From Armatimonadota bacterium (GTDB lineage: Bacteria > Armatimonadota > UBA5829 > DSUL01), in the NCBI GenBank assembly GCA_039811685.1, contig JBDHZC010000001.1:672001-736000 (forward strand): a stretch of DNA of 64,000 nucleotides, read 5' to 3'. Below are positions 50,444 to 60,329 of the stretch, in pieces. Position 1 is the first letter of the stretch. Each line of letters opens with the position of its first letter. Under the pieces are notes generated by a model. The model saw only the letters and a program-made list of their open reading frames with translations, did not search any database and was not told the DNA's origin. The position numbers were made by a program, and so were the translations under genes.

Positions 50444-53400
50444 TTATTGGGCCCCTGTTGGCTGGATAAGAAGATCGCAGGCCACAAACGCCCTGAACCA
50501 ATAGCCTCTATAAGGGTCGAGAGTCGCCACATCGCCGCCCGGGGCCCGCACAAGGAAGTAGCTTTTGGCGCCAGGATTGTACCCCCACGCAAAATCGCGA
50601 ACCCATCCGTTTGCCGCAGCCTGCGAGAGACTGACAGTCTGGTTCTGATAACGGACTTTCGTCGCACCCCAGTTGACAGCGCGGACAAACCCCGAGCCAA
50701 TCTGATTCCACCCCGGCAGCACCGACACAACCACTGGCTGATTTTGGTCGGAAAGAGCTCCGTTTAGACCAAGCGTAACTGTCGCGTCCGGCTTGATCCA
50801 GAATCCACTCCCCGCCGCCAGAACAGGGAAGATCGCTGACTGCCCGTAGAATTGGTACGCTGCCGTGAATGGATCCCAGCGCACAATGTGTAAAGCGCGA
50901 GCCGCGTCCGCTCCAAAAATCGTGGCGGGATCTCCGGTGAGTGTAGCCACCGGGACAGAAATCATGTCAACAACTCCACCCTGTACTCGCAAGCTCGCAG
51001 ACGAAACTACGAGTGGAGGAGAAAGCGTGACTGTCGTACCGTCTCCGTTGACGTCGCGAGCCGTAACTACCCACTGCCCGACATCGTCCGCCGTAATCTC
51101 GGTTGAGTAAGCTCCCGAAGCGCCTGTAGAAACTGTGCGCGTGAAAGTGGACGAACTCGGGCGCGTGAATGTCAACAAAATCTGTGTGGCACGCGCCGGC
51201 GTCACCTGTCCAGACAGGGTAACAACATCCCCCAATGTCACCGGATTCGGACTCGCATTCACCGTCAGCCCTGTGGAGGACACAGTAGGAGAACCGCTTA
51301 CGAGGTCAGAGGAGACGAGATCGACACCATCGCTTGCCTGGAACTTGTAGTTGTGCGTCCCTGGAGACAAAGTCGTGCTGTAACGATAGACAGCGCCATC
51401 CACGTAATTGATATCCCAACTGTAAAGTTTGGTCATGGTAAAAGGCTGGCCGTCGATCAAGACTTTGACAGAGTTGAAGGCCGGGGCGTCGTTGTCCACA
51501 TCCGCGTAAGTAACGCTGTACAGAAACGTCGTGCTCGCGCCGCCTGTAGTGGGAGTCACATATCCATTCGTGAGGGTCGGCGCGGTATTTACGCGTGGGC
51601 CATCAAAGCTGCCTGTCTCACCCGGCAGGCGCGTTGTCTCGATTCCATCTGAGGCTTCCACGTAGAACGTGTGGGATCCACCGGGCAGCTTTGTCGTCGC
51701 GCTGTAGCTGACACCGTTGATCCAATCGGACCCGTGTGGCGCCAGAAGCAGCGGGGTGGCCACGCCGGATATCCAAACTCGGACAAACCCACCAGGCTTT
51801 GGCCCCACACCATCCGCATCCTTGTAAAGAACGGAATAGGTGAAGTCCGTGCTGGGACGGCCAAAGTTAGGAGTCACAATGGCGCCCGTTAGAACAGGCG
51901 GGTTGTTGACGGTCGGGCCTGAGGCTGGAGTGCCTGGCGCAGAATCCGGAATATAGACTGTCTGCCCGGCAATCTTGACCCGGATGTACCAGGAGTGCAC
52001 GCCAGGCAGCAACGTCGTCGAATAGAAATACTGAACACCACTGGTGTAGTTGGAGGCCGACGGGTTGACCTTGGCCATCGTGTATCCATTGGCCTCAGCC
52101 GAGCCATCGATAAACACTTTGACCTCTGTCGGCGCCGTGTTGTCCGGATTGGTAACAGTCACCAGATACGTGTAGGTATCCGTGGACTTTCCTGATGCCG
52201 GAGATACGGAAGCGTCACGGACTCCAGGTGACGCTACGCTGGTCGGACCTGACAGCTCAGCGGTATTGGGCGCCGGGTCAAGCCCATCGCTTGCCTCAAA
52301 GTGGTATGTGTAAACGCCTGGATCGAGCTGTACCTGGGCCCGGTAAACGACGCCGGTGCTCCAACCACTGGAGGCCGTTGGCGCAAGTTGATAGGTTGAC
52401 TGCCCGGACACTCCATTGACCACAACTCGCACATATCCGCCCGCACCTGGAGCGACGTTGCTCTGATCTGTATAAGTCACCTGATAAGTGAATTTTCCAG
52501 AAGAGGGTCCGCTGCCGGGCGTGACAGACGGGCTTGAGAGACCCGGCACGAAGTTGACCGTCGGGCCGACAAGCTTGCCGGTATCTCCCGTTGCCGCGAG
52601 AAGGCCGTCCGAAGCAGTAAACTGGTAGTAGTAGCGGCCACCGGCAGCGAAGCTGTAGCCGGTATACGAGTATTCAACTCCACCCGCTGCGGCGTAGTCG
52701 GTAAGCAGTGGATTGGTCTGCGTTAGATTCTTCGTGGCCAGAACTGTAGTCCCGTCCGTAGCATAGATAGTCAACTGGACGCTGTTAGGCGCATCTCCGT
52801 CCGGGTCATGATAGCGCACAGAATAAGTGAAATTGTTGCCCGCAAATGCCGAAGACGCCGGCGAGACAGCGCCGTTGAGCAAAACTGGAGCGCTATTTGT
52901 AGCGCGTACAACTGGCCCGTTCTGGGCAAAGGTCGGGGCCGCGGCCTCGACATCGTCGCTGGCCGTAAACCGATAAGTGTACGTTGCCGCCGCCAGGGTT
53001 GTGTCAACGTAATATACGGCGCCATCAATAAAGTTGTTGTCACCCGCATCCAGCTTCGAAAGAGCCATAGGCGCCTGATCGACTCCGTTCTTGTTCAGAA
53101 TGAGCTTGATTGACGACGGCTGAGTATTGTCAGCATCCGTGTACGTGACTTTGAACCTGAAAAGCGTCCCGGTATTACCTGAGGCAGGTGCGACACTGGG
53201 GTTTGACAGGACAGGCTGGCTGTTGACAACGATGGCCGGATCGTTCTCCGGATTGCTCGGGAAGCGAGTGGTTCGATAGCCGTCAGAAGCTTCAAAATGA
53301 TACCTGTACGTCCCGGAGCTTAGCGTTCCCGCATCAAAGTGAAACCCCTGGAAAACGCTGCTGTTAATTGTTCTCCAGAGACCCGCCGGCCACGAGCCAT

Positions 53401-55150
53401 GCGTGACAGGATCGACAGAGGCGCGATAGGTGCGCGTGCCGTTTGGCGCTTCCAGAAAAAGCGTCACATTTCCAACTACACCGTTATGTGGACCTGGCGC
53501 ATCTCCATCGGGATCCATGTAGTCCACAGAGAAATCAAATGCTGTCTGCGTGGTCCCCTTGAAGGGCGTCGCGGTCGCATTGCGTAAAGCGGGAGCAGAA
53601 TTAAGGGAAGGAATGCCGGGCAAAACCCGTGGCCCAACCAGAGGATCTGCTGAGCGCAGCGGGTAGTACGCCTGATAGTTCATACGCTCACCCAGCAAAG
53701 TTGGGTTGTTGCTGACCATGAAGCGCGCGGTATGCTGGCCCAATCCAAGCCCGGCCGGTACAGCAGCGCCAAACCCCACCCCTCCAAATCCGGCGTAGTC
53801 CTCAGGTGAAGGCGGATCACCGGTGGGAACCATTGTCAGTCCCGCGATTCTCACAATAGATCCGTCCAGCCCAAGCGGAGGGAAGTCCGCAGAAGAATTG
53901 CTAAACGAGATCGTATCGCTGGTGTTAGTCCAGATCGTGTAGCTGTTGCCTGCTCCTGTCCCCAGCAGCACCTGTAGCGGCAAACCCGCAAACTGTCCCG
54001 GTATCCAGCCCGGGCTGTTCTGGAAACGAAGCGTCACAAACCCGTTGTCGTTCGTATTGAAATCTACTGCCTGGTCAACGAGAATATCGCTCAGGGAGTA
54101 CGCGTAGCCGTTAACCAGTCCGCTCGCAGTCACGGCAGGGTCGCTGTCCGCGGTCGGATATTCCCGAGCCGACAAGGCCAAAACGTTGGATGTGTTGCCG
54201 AAAACTGTGAATACCGTAGCAACCGCGTCTCCGCTCAGGAGATCCGGGTTGCTCGAAACAATCTGCAGTCTTTTTCCCGCCCAGGCACCCGGCGTATAGG
54301 CCGCAAAGTCATCAACAATTGCCGCTGCGGTGTAGTCAATCGCGGTAGAGCGTGCGCTCAGCTCGTTAATCTGAAACTTGTCACCTGGCACGGGCGCGGT
54401 ATCGGCATCAGAGTCGAGCTTGCCGCGAACAATGAGCGTATTGCTCGTATTGTCAATAATCGTATCAGTCAGGCCGATCCGCTTTCCAGTGTTCCAGTTA
54501 AGCGGTTGGTTTTGAAACTGAGAAGGTGTCCAGCTTTTGGAGCTGTCCGTCACCAGAGTCACGTCTGGTTCCACTTCACTTGCGATACCGCCTGTGAACT
54601 GCCACCCAGAAGAGTTTCCCGTCCAGACAATCGGAAATCCCGGTTCGGGAGCATCGCCATCACGATCCCTGTACGTGACCTGATACGTCGCGGGCAGTCC
54701 CGGCCGAGCCCCCCCGCCAACCGATCCATCTGAAAGTATTGGAGCCTCGCTGATAAGAGGTCCGTCCAGGTCCGAGTCTGCGGGGAACTTGACCACTGCC
54801 GCATCAGCGGTGCTTTTGGTCTCAAAGTGATAGTTGTTTGAGACAAGCGGAGTGTAGACAGTGGAGCCTGGCACGTCAATTCGGTACTGAACTGGCTGGG
54901 TGTAGTCGGATACGTTGTTGACCACCGACTTCATCGCGACTGGATATTCAGCGCCGTTGATGAAGAGCTTCACATACGAAGGCGCATCGCCGTCCGCGTC
55001 AGCATAGAAGACTGTGAATGTGTAAGTGGTCCATGAAGCGCCAATAACTGGACTGACACTTCCGTCGCTTAAGACCGGATCAGCCGCGCGAGACGCCGAG
55101 GCAGAAAAGCTCAACACAACCAGAGCAACAAGACAAAGGAACCTTCTCAT
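50444..55150 (-). CDS. large (1568 aa) secreted repetitive beta-sandwich surface protein
   Basis: Clear signal peptide; 9 YxDxDxxxP-type repeats, an Ig-like domain and the C-terminal GWNQI module. Confidence 0.87.
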   Translation of the reverse strand: MRRFLCLVALVVLSFSASASRAADPVLSDGSVSPVIGASWTTYTFTVFYADADGDAPSYVKLFINGAEYPVAMKSVVNNVSDYTQPVQYRIDVPGSTVYTPLVSNNYHFETKSTADAAVVKFPADSDLDGPLISEAPILSDGSVGGGARPGLPATYQVTYRDRDGDAPEPGFPIVWTGNSSGWQFTGGIASEVEPDVTLVTDSSKSWTPSQFQNQPLNWNTGKRIGLTDTIIDNTSNTLIVRGKLDSDADTAPVPGDKFQINELSARSTAIDYTAAAIVDDFAAYTPGAWAGKRLQIVSSNPDLLSGDAVATVFTVFGNTSNVLALSAREYPTADSDPAVTASGLVNGYAYSLSDILVDQAVDFNTNDNGFVTLRFQNSPGWIPGQFAGLPLQVLLGTGAGNSYTIWTNTSDTISFSNSSADFPPLGLDGSIVRIAGLTMVPTGDPPSPEDYAGFGGVGFGAAVPAGLGLGQHTARFMVSNNPTLLGERMNYQAYYPLRSADPLVGPRVLPGIPSLNSAPALRNATATPFKGTTQTAFDFSVDYMDPDGDAPGPHNGVVGNVTLFLEAPNGTRTYRASVDPVTHGSWPAGLWRTINSSVFQGFHFDAGTLSSGTYRYHFEASDGYRTTRFPSNPENDPAIVVNSQPVLSNPSVAPASGNTGTLFRFKVTYTDADNTQPSSIKLILNKNGVDQAPMALSKLDAGDNNFIDGAVYYVDTTLAAATYTYRFTASDDVEAAAPTFAQNGPVVRATNSAPVLLNGAVSPASSAFAGNNFTYSVRYHDPDGDAPNSVQLTIYATDGTTVLATKNLTQTNPLLTDYAAAGGVEYSYTGYSFAAGGRYYYQFTASDGLLAATGDTGKLVGPTVNFVPGLSSPSVTPGSGPSSGKFTYQVTYTDQSNVAPGAGGYVRVVVNGVSGQSTYQLAPTASSGWSTGVVYRAQVQLDPGVYTYHFEASDGLDPAPNTAELSGPTSVASPGVRDASVSPASGKSTDTYTYLVTVTNPDNTAPTEVKVFIDGSAEANGYTMAKVNPSASNYTSGVQYFYSTTLLPGVHSWYIRVKIAGQTVYIPDSAPGTPASGPTVNNPPVLTGAIVTPNFGRPSTDFTYSVLYKDADGVGPKPGGFVRVWISGVATPLLLAPHGSDWINGVSYSATTKLPGGSHTFYVEASDGIETTRLPGETGSFDGPRVNTAPTLTNGYVTPTTGGASTTFLYSVTYADVDNDAPAFNSVKVLIDGQPFTMTKLYSWDINYVDGAVYRYSTTLSPGTHNYKFQASDGVDLVSSDLVSGSPTVSSTGLTVNASPNPVTLGDVVTLSGQVTPARATQILLTFTRPSSSTFTRTVSTGASGAYSTEITADDVGQWVVTARDVNGDGTTVTLSPPLVVSSASLRVQGGVVDMISVPVATLTGDPATIFGADAARALHIVRWDPFTAAYQFYGQSAIFPVLAAGSGFWIKPDATVTLGLNGALSDQNQPVVVSVLPGWNQIGSGFVRAVNWGATKVRYQNQTVSLSQAAANGWVRDFAWGYNPGAKSYFLVRAPGGDVATLDPYRGYWFRAFVACDLLIQPTGAQ

Positions 55151-55426
55151 TAAGTGTCTTCCTCGACGCAGCCACTAAGCTGCCCGCAGCAGTGGACAAC
55201 GATCAGTGTGTGAGTATCAGAGTACCCACACGGCATGACGCCGCGCTCCGGAGAAACGCGGCGCTCACCAGCAACTATCAACGCCAATCTTCCATCCCTC
55301 AAATCGTCACCCACAACCACAGCCGCCCGTTTCCAATTCTTTCCTTGCTAACAGACGATCCTTGGCTGCCCCTTGTTCGCTCCGGCCTCTTCCCTCCGCA
55401 GAGATCCACACACCTCAGGCTCATCA

Positions 55427-57481
55427 TTACCTGGAGTGGGCGCCATTGCCGGACGAGAAAGCGCCATTGGCAGCCGGCGACCGATGCGTCCGCGCAACCT
55501 GCCCCGACCCCGGCGGTCCTGGAGGCAGCGGAGGCAACGGCGGAGTAACACCGCCCCCACCCCCGGCATCGCGGGAGGTGAAAACCACCGAGCCACCTAT
55601 AGTATCAGTCCCGGGAACAATGAGAGATAACGGCTGAAACGCGCGCACCCAGTAGCCTCTCCACGGTATTATCTGCGTGTCAGGAGAAGAGCTTGCCTCA
55701 TAGGCATTGGTCGTGGCGTTGTACCAGTACACAGTAGCTCTCAGCCAGTTGCGCTCAGTCGCCGTTGCCAGTGGAACGCTACCTTCAATCGGATCTCGAA
55801 GCACACGGAAACGCCCCCAGGAGATGCCATAGAGAAACGGGTTGCCAATCTGATTCCAGCCCGCCTTCAGATTGATAACGTACGGACCAGTGGTTGAGTT
55901 AGGAAGCGGGTCAGCATTTGTTACAATAACCCGCGCGATATTGAGCGGCTTGAACCAGAAAGCGTCTCCCGGTTGAACAGTGGTGATATCAGCATACAGC
56001 CCTGTCGCTGGATTGAATTTCTTGGCCGCGAAAGACCCCGGGGTAAGACCCAACATGGCGGCAGGAGTAGGATCGTCTGCGCGAAAAGGAACAGAAATGA
56101 GCTGCCAGGTATTGCCCGGATACAGCCGATCTTCCACAGCGGGAATATTCACTGAACGCGTTACCGCCTTGGCCGTCAACGGAAATCCGACGACAGACAG
56201 AGTCATATTGACAGGTCCAACTTGTGTGCGATCGGCAAGAATCTGCCACTTGACCTGCCCCTCGCCACCAGCGATGCCGATGTCGCCTATTGTCTTGGTG
56301 GGCGTTTCACCTGGCGCGAACTGCAAACCGGCGTCCAGGGCCAACTGGACCTGCACGTTGGAGAGCGGCAGTTCATCGCTGCGATTGTAAACGTATCCGT
56401 ATACGGTCGTAGGTTGCGGGTTGATGTCGCCCAGGTCATCCCCCGCCGGCCGATTGTATTCCAGTGAAAATGGCGCCTGGAGAGCCAAGACAGCCGGATA
56501 GCTGTAATCCTCCGTGGCATGTCCCAGACCAAAATAAAAGGTGGTGGGGCTCATCGTTGCGTTGGCAGCCACGGACTTCTGATTCCACAGCAGAACCAGA
56601 CCACTCTGTTCAAGGATGGAGTGAGTCGCGATGGGAGCCAGATCCCAGAAGTCGCCTCCAAAAGCATGGCCCGCGTTCGTGAGCATGACCGAATCAGGCG
56701 TTGTCGCGTCTGCCCCGCGCAGAATTGTCTTGGTCACTATTTTGTACTGCGGCAGGTTGTCAAAACCGAACACGACATCCGGCACATCACTTCCAGTCAA
56801 CTCCTGCTCGTTGGTTACAGAACCAGTTCGGACAGTCCAGAAAGGCCCGCCGGTGACAAGCTGCATGCTCTGATCGTAACCGTAGTCAGTATCCATGAAG
56901 GTGGCCAGGCCGATCTTGTGAGCAGCGGTGTCGTTGTTCGTGATGGAATAAGACACTCGAATAACATCGCGCTCTATGCTGATAACGCGAGATATGTTGA
57001 TGGGAGCGCTCTTGAGTAAGTAGCTGTCGGTGATGATGTCTTTGTTCTCATCGGCAGAGGGCTGTCTGGTCCAGGCACCGCCTTCATCCGAGCCGTAGAT
57101 CACCGCATCCGCCTCATCCACCTTGATTGCTGTGTAGCAACCCCAGGGTTCCTGAAACAACGCCCCGCCAGTCAGCTCTACACCGTTGTCATCAGCAGTA
57201 TGCGGTTCACCGCCGGTCGTTGCTACCGTCCAGTAACCGGCCACTTTGACGGTCGTATTGTAGTTGGGGCCAGCGTCAGAAACGTCTCCCGAGACTCCAG
57301 CGATTACCTGAAGATACGAATTCTGAACAGACTCAGCCGAGAAAGCAGCGCATGCGCGTCCCTGAAGCCCAATAACGCACCCCAGCGCGACCAGGGCAAA
57401 CGTTGCGAGCCTGCCCATCAGCGCAGCGTCTGGCCAGACCAGATTACGGGACATATTCGGCAGAGTCGGTTTTGGTGGCAT
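55427..57481 (-). CDS. secreted hypothetical protein with beta-rich domains and a C-terminal GWNQI module
   Basis: Hydrophobic signal segment LATFALVALGCVIG; LKAGWNQIGNPF..PWRGYWVRA; Gly/Pro tail; start uncertain (57481 has GAGGA upstream). Confidence 0.75.
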   Translation of the reverse strand: MPPKPTLPNMSRNLVWPDAALMGRLATFALVALGCVIGLQGRACAAFSAESVQNSYLQVIAGVSGDVSDAGPNYNTTVKVAGYWTVATTGGEPHTADDNGVELTGGALFQEPWGCYTAIKVDEADAVIYGSDEGGAWTRQPSADENKDIITDSYLLKSAPINISRVISIERDVIRVSYSITNNDTAAHKIGLATFMDTDYGYDQSMQLVTGGPFWTVRTGSVTNEQELTGSDVPDVVFGFDNLPQYKIVTKTILRGADATTPDSVMLTNAGHAFGGDFWDLAPIATHSILEQSGLVLLWNQKSVAANATMSPTTFYFGLGHATEDYSYPAVLALQAPFSLEYNRPAGDDLGDINPQPTTVYGYVYNRSDELPLSNVQVQLALDAGLQFAPGETPTKTIGDIGIAGGEGQVKWQILADRTQVGPVNMTLSVVGFPLTAKAVTRSVNIPAVEDRLYPGNTWQLISVPFRADDPTPAAMLGLTPGSFAAKKFNPATGLYADITTVQPGDAFWFKPLNIARVIVTNADPLPNSTTGPYVINLKAGWNQIGNPFLYGISWGRFRVLRDPIEGSVPLATATERNWLRATVYWYNATTNAYEASSSPDTQIIPWRGYWVRAFQPLSLIVPGTDTIGGSVVFTSRDAGGGGGVTPPLPPLPPGPPGSGQVARTHRSPAANGAFSSGNGAHSR

Positions 57482-57824
57482 ACAGATCCTCGTGACACGG
57501 TGACGCACAGCAGGGATGACGATCAGGAAAGGACAGCCGGAAGACGAGACGTTCATCAGAAGCAAGGTGTTGTACCACAATCAATAAACGTCGACGCCGT
57601 TTCATGGACATAGCGCCGCTCGCATTTGTTCCTGACGCTCATCCGGCACCCTCTCGCAGACACCGTAATAATACCAGGTAAATCCATCTGTAAAAAGTTA
57701 TTCAAAGACTGCGCATATCCTCCGTTATCTGCGCAACATATCTGTGCGAGATCACCCGAGACACAGGGACGGACCGGCCTCCGCTGAGCCAGATTCGCAA
57801 CATCTGAAGTTGGTGTCTCAGAAC

Positions 57825-60179
57825 CTACCACGCGCGCACTTTGCCGCTTCCTTCCGATTGACCACCAGTGGAGCTGCCTGTCAATGAAGCTCCAGCAGGC
57901 TGAGCGATAGACGGCATCACAGCAGACTCATTCTGCAAAGGCTGATAGTGTATTGTCAGTCTGCCACGCACGTCGTCCACAGAAGTCAATCCGCCGGTAA
58001 GCGGCACTTTGGATCTCACCCAGTAACCCAGCCATGGCTGCAGGGTCCCCTCTGGCGCTGTCTGCGAAACGTAAACATTGTTCTCGTAGCTGTAGAGCGA
58101 TGGACTGATCCAGCCCCGCCTGGCAGCATCGGTAATGGATACCGTCTCCCCCATATAGGTGACCAGAACGCTTCCCCACGCAATCGGATACGGGTACGGG
58201 TTTCCAATCTGATTCCAGCCCGGCGCCAGTGACATATCGTAAGAGTAGCGATCGTCTGCCACTTCGTTCTCCAGCAGCTTTGTAGTCGCGTTCAGGCGCA
58301 GCCAATAGCCTACACCACGCGGCAGAGTCTCGCTCAAGCCATTTGTCTGACTGGCGATGACGTCGGTTGGACGCAGGGACGCTCGAGGATCGTTCGCCAA
58401 TCCAGGATAGTTGTACATCGCATACGTAGTTTTGACAGTGCCGGTATCGTCAAGTTCTGGAACTGCGCGCGCCAACCGGTAGAGTGGAGTTTTCAGTACG
58501 GATGCCGGATCGTTGACCGCAGAACCAAACGGCCGAGAGAACATGTAAAGTCCCGGCGGCAGAGTGGGCCCCTTGATATCGAACGAAACACTGGCAGATT
58601 TGATCTTTGAGAGGTTGAATATAGCGGCCGCGGAGACAACGACACGATGTGTCCCTTCTTCAGAAAACGCCCAACTAAAAGACATTTCTCCCGAGCTCGT
58701 GCTGTAGTTGAAGTTCTCAACGCGAGAATCTGAGGCGCTCTGCCCGCTGATGACGGTCACACCGTCTACTTGCACGGAGATGGACTGAGGAGCCGCTCCG
58801 GCCAACCTCACTCGTATCAGCGGCTTCAGCGTCGAAAGCACATCGCCTTCACGGGGTCTGTCAATGTTGACGTTGACCGGCGAATATCGCAACGCAGCGT
58901 TGACATCCAGAATGCCGTAGCCGTACTGATCGTTGGGGATCTTTGTCCCTTTAGGCTGTGCCGTGCCTTCCAACGCTGCTCGGACACTGGAAGCTGGCAT
59001 TCCCGCCGACAGAAGCAGCGCCGCGGCTCCCGCGACATACGGGGCTGCCATAGATGTGCCCTGGAACGTCCCCCAGCCATTCGTTGCAGCGGTCGCCGCT
59101 CCAAAGCAATAACGAATACAACTCAATACGCCGCCGGGATCGTTCAGATCATTGCTGGACATTTGTCCACCCGGTGCGGCAATGTCCACTTCTGGACCAA
59201 AGTTGCTATACGAGGCCTTGTTTCCACTCGGACCAACGGACGCTACAGCCATACAGTCCGGGAATGCGGCGGGATAAGCCACAGGGCCATTGTCATTCCC
59301 CGTCGAAACGACAATTATGATCCCGCTGTTGGCCAGCTCCCGGCACTTGGCTTCGAGCGCAGCAGAGCGGTAGTAGCCTCCCAGGCTCATGTTAACCACC
59401 TGCGCGCCGCGCCGCTTGGCCTCCTCAAGTCCCTGGACAACCCAGCTCCACTCAGCGCCTCCACCCTGGTCGGCGAAAACTTTGATCGGAATGATCTTGA
59501 CCTTGTCCCAGCAAACGCCTACAATGCCCACTCCGTTGTCGCCCTGCGCGGCGATAATGCCTGCAACGTGCGTGCCATGCGTCATCTCCTGCAAAGCTTC
59601 ACAGTCCTCAGGAGGATTTGTATCCGCATCGCCATCCGCCACGTCGTAGCCGGCAATCAGGCGCGTGGACAAATCTGGATGATCTGCCCGAACACCGGTG
59701 TCCACCACAGCAACCTTGACAGTCTCAGCGCCCTTGGTAATGTCCCACGCGAGAGGCGCCCGGATCATCTGCAACGCCCACTGCTGAGGGTAGAGTGGAT
59801 CTGTTGGAACAGCTTGTACGTAGCCATATCCATTGGCTTCAGCTCGCAGCACCCGAGGGTCTGAGCCGATGGCTTCGAGCATCTTTTTCGTCGTCTGCGT
59901 CTCGGGGTTGAACGACCGGATCTGATACCAGTTTTCCAGAGGCAGCTTGGTGACAATACGCGCACTCGCCTTCGTGGCCACGGCAGCGGCAGTAGTGACA
60001 TTGGAGCCCTCTCTGAGCTGAACCAGCAGATCGCCTTCAACATACAAGGGCCTGTTTGACGGGTTGCCGCCGCCAGGACCAGAAGCAAACGCTGGAGAGA
60101 ACAGAACGCACAGCACAGCAGCGAAAGCGGTGATGCGAAAAGTCCGGCCGAATAGTGTGAACAGCATCTTGATCAGCAT
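57825..60179 (-). CDS. secreted subtilisin-like S8 serine protease with Ig-like and GWNQI C-terminal modules
   Basis: Catalytic triad motifs VAVVDTG, THGTHVAG and GTSMAAP; propeptide; signal peptide. Confidence 0.92.
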   Translation of the reverse strand: MLIKMLFTLFGRTFRITAFAAVLCVLFSPAFASGPGGGNPSNRPLYVEGDLLVQLREGSNVTTAAAVATKASARIVTKLPLENWYQIRSFNPETQTTKKMLEAIGSDPRVLRAEANGYGYVQAVPTDPLYPQQWALQMIRAPLAWDITKGAETVKVAVVDTGVRADHPDLSTRLIAGYDVADGDADTNPPEDCEALQEMTHGTHVAGIIAAQGDNGVGIVGVCWDKVKIIPIKVFADQGGGAEWSWVVQGLEEAKRRGAQVVNMSLGGYYRSAALEAKCRELANSGIIIVVSTGNDNGPVAYPAAFPDCMAVASVGPSGNKASYSNFGPEVDIAAPGGQMSSNDLNDPGGVLSCIRYCFGAATAATNGWGTFQGTSMAAPYVAGAAALLLSAGMPASSVRAALEGTAQPKGTKIPNDQYGYGILDVNAALRYSPVNVNIDRPREGDVLSTLKPLIRVRLAGAAPQSISVQVDGVTVISGQSASDSRVENFNYSTSSGEMSFSWAFSEEGTHRVVVSAAAIFNLSKIKSASVSFDIKGPTLPPGLYMFSRPFGSAVNDPASVLKTPLYRLARAVPELDDTGTVKTTYAMYNYPGLANDPRASLRPTDVIASQTNGLSETLPRGVGYWLRLNATTKLLENEVADDRYSYDMSLAPGWNQIGNPYPYPIAWGSVLVTYMGETVSITDAARRGWISPSLYSYENNVYVSQTAPEGTLQPWLGYWVRSKVPLTGGLTSVDDVRGRLTIHYQPLQNESAVMPSIAQPAGASLTGSSTGGQSEGSGKVRAW

Positions 60180-60329
60180 CTCAGCAACCTCAGGCAGCGC
60201 CGCCGGCTCCGCGGCGGAATCTCCGGGTGCCTGCAAGCAGATGAAAACCCTCCTGCTTGCGAGAGCACCCGGATAAGCACTCCAATCTTAAGACAGCCGC
60301 CTTGCGCTCAAGCGCGCAGCGTTTGAGAA

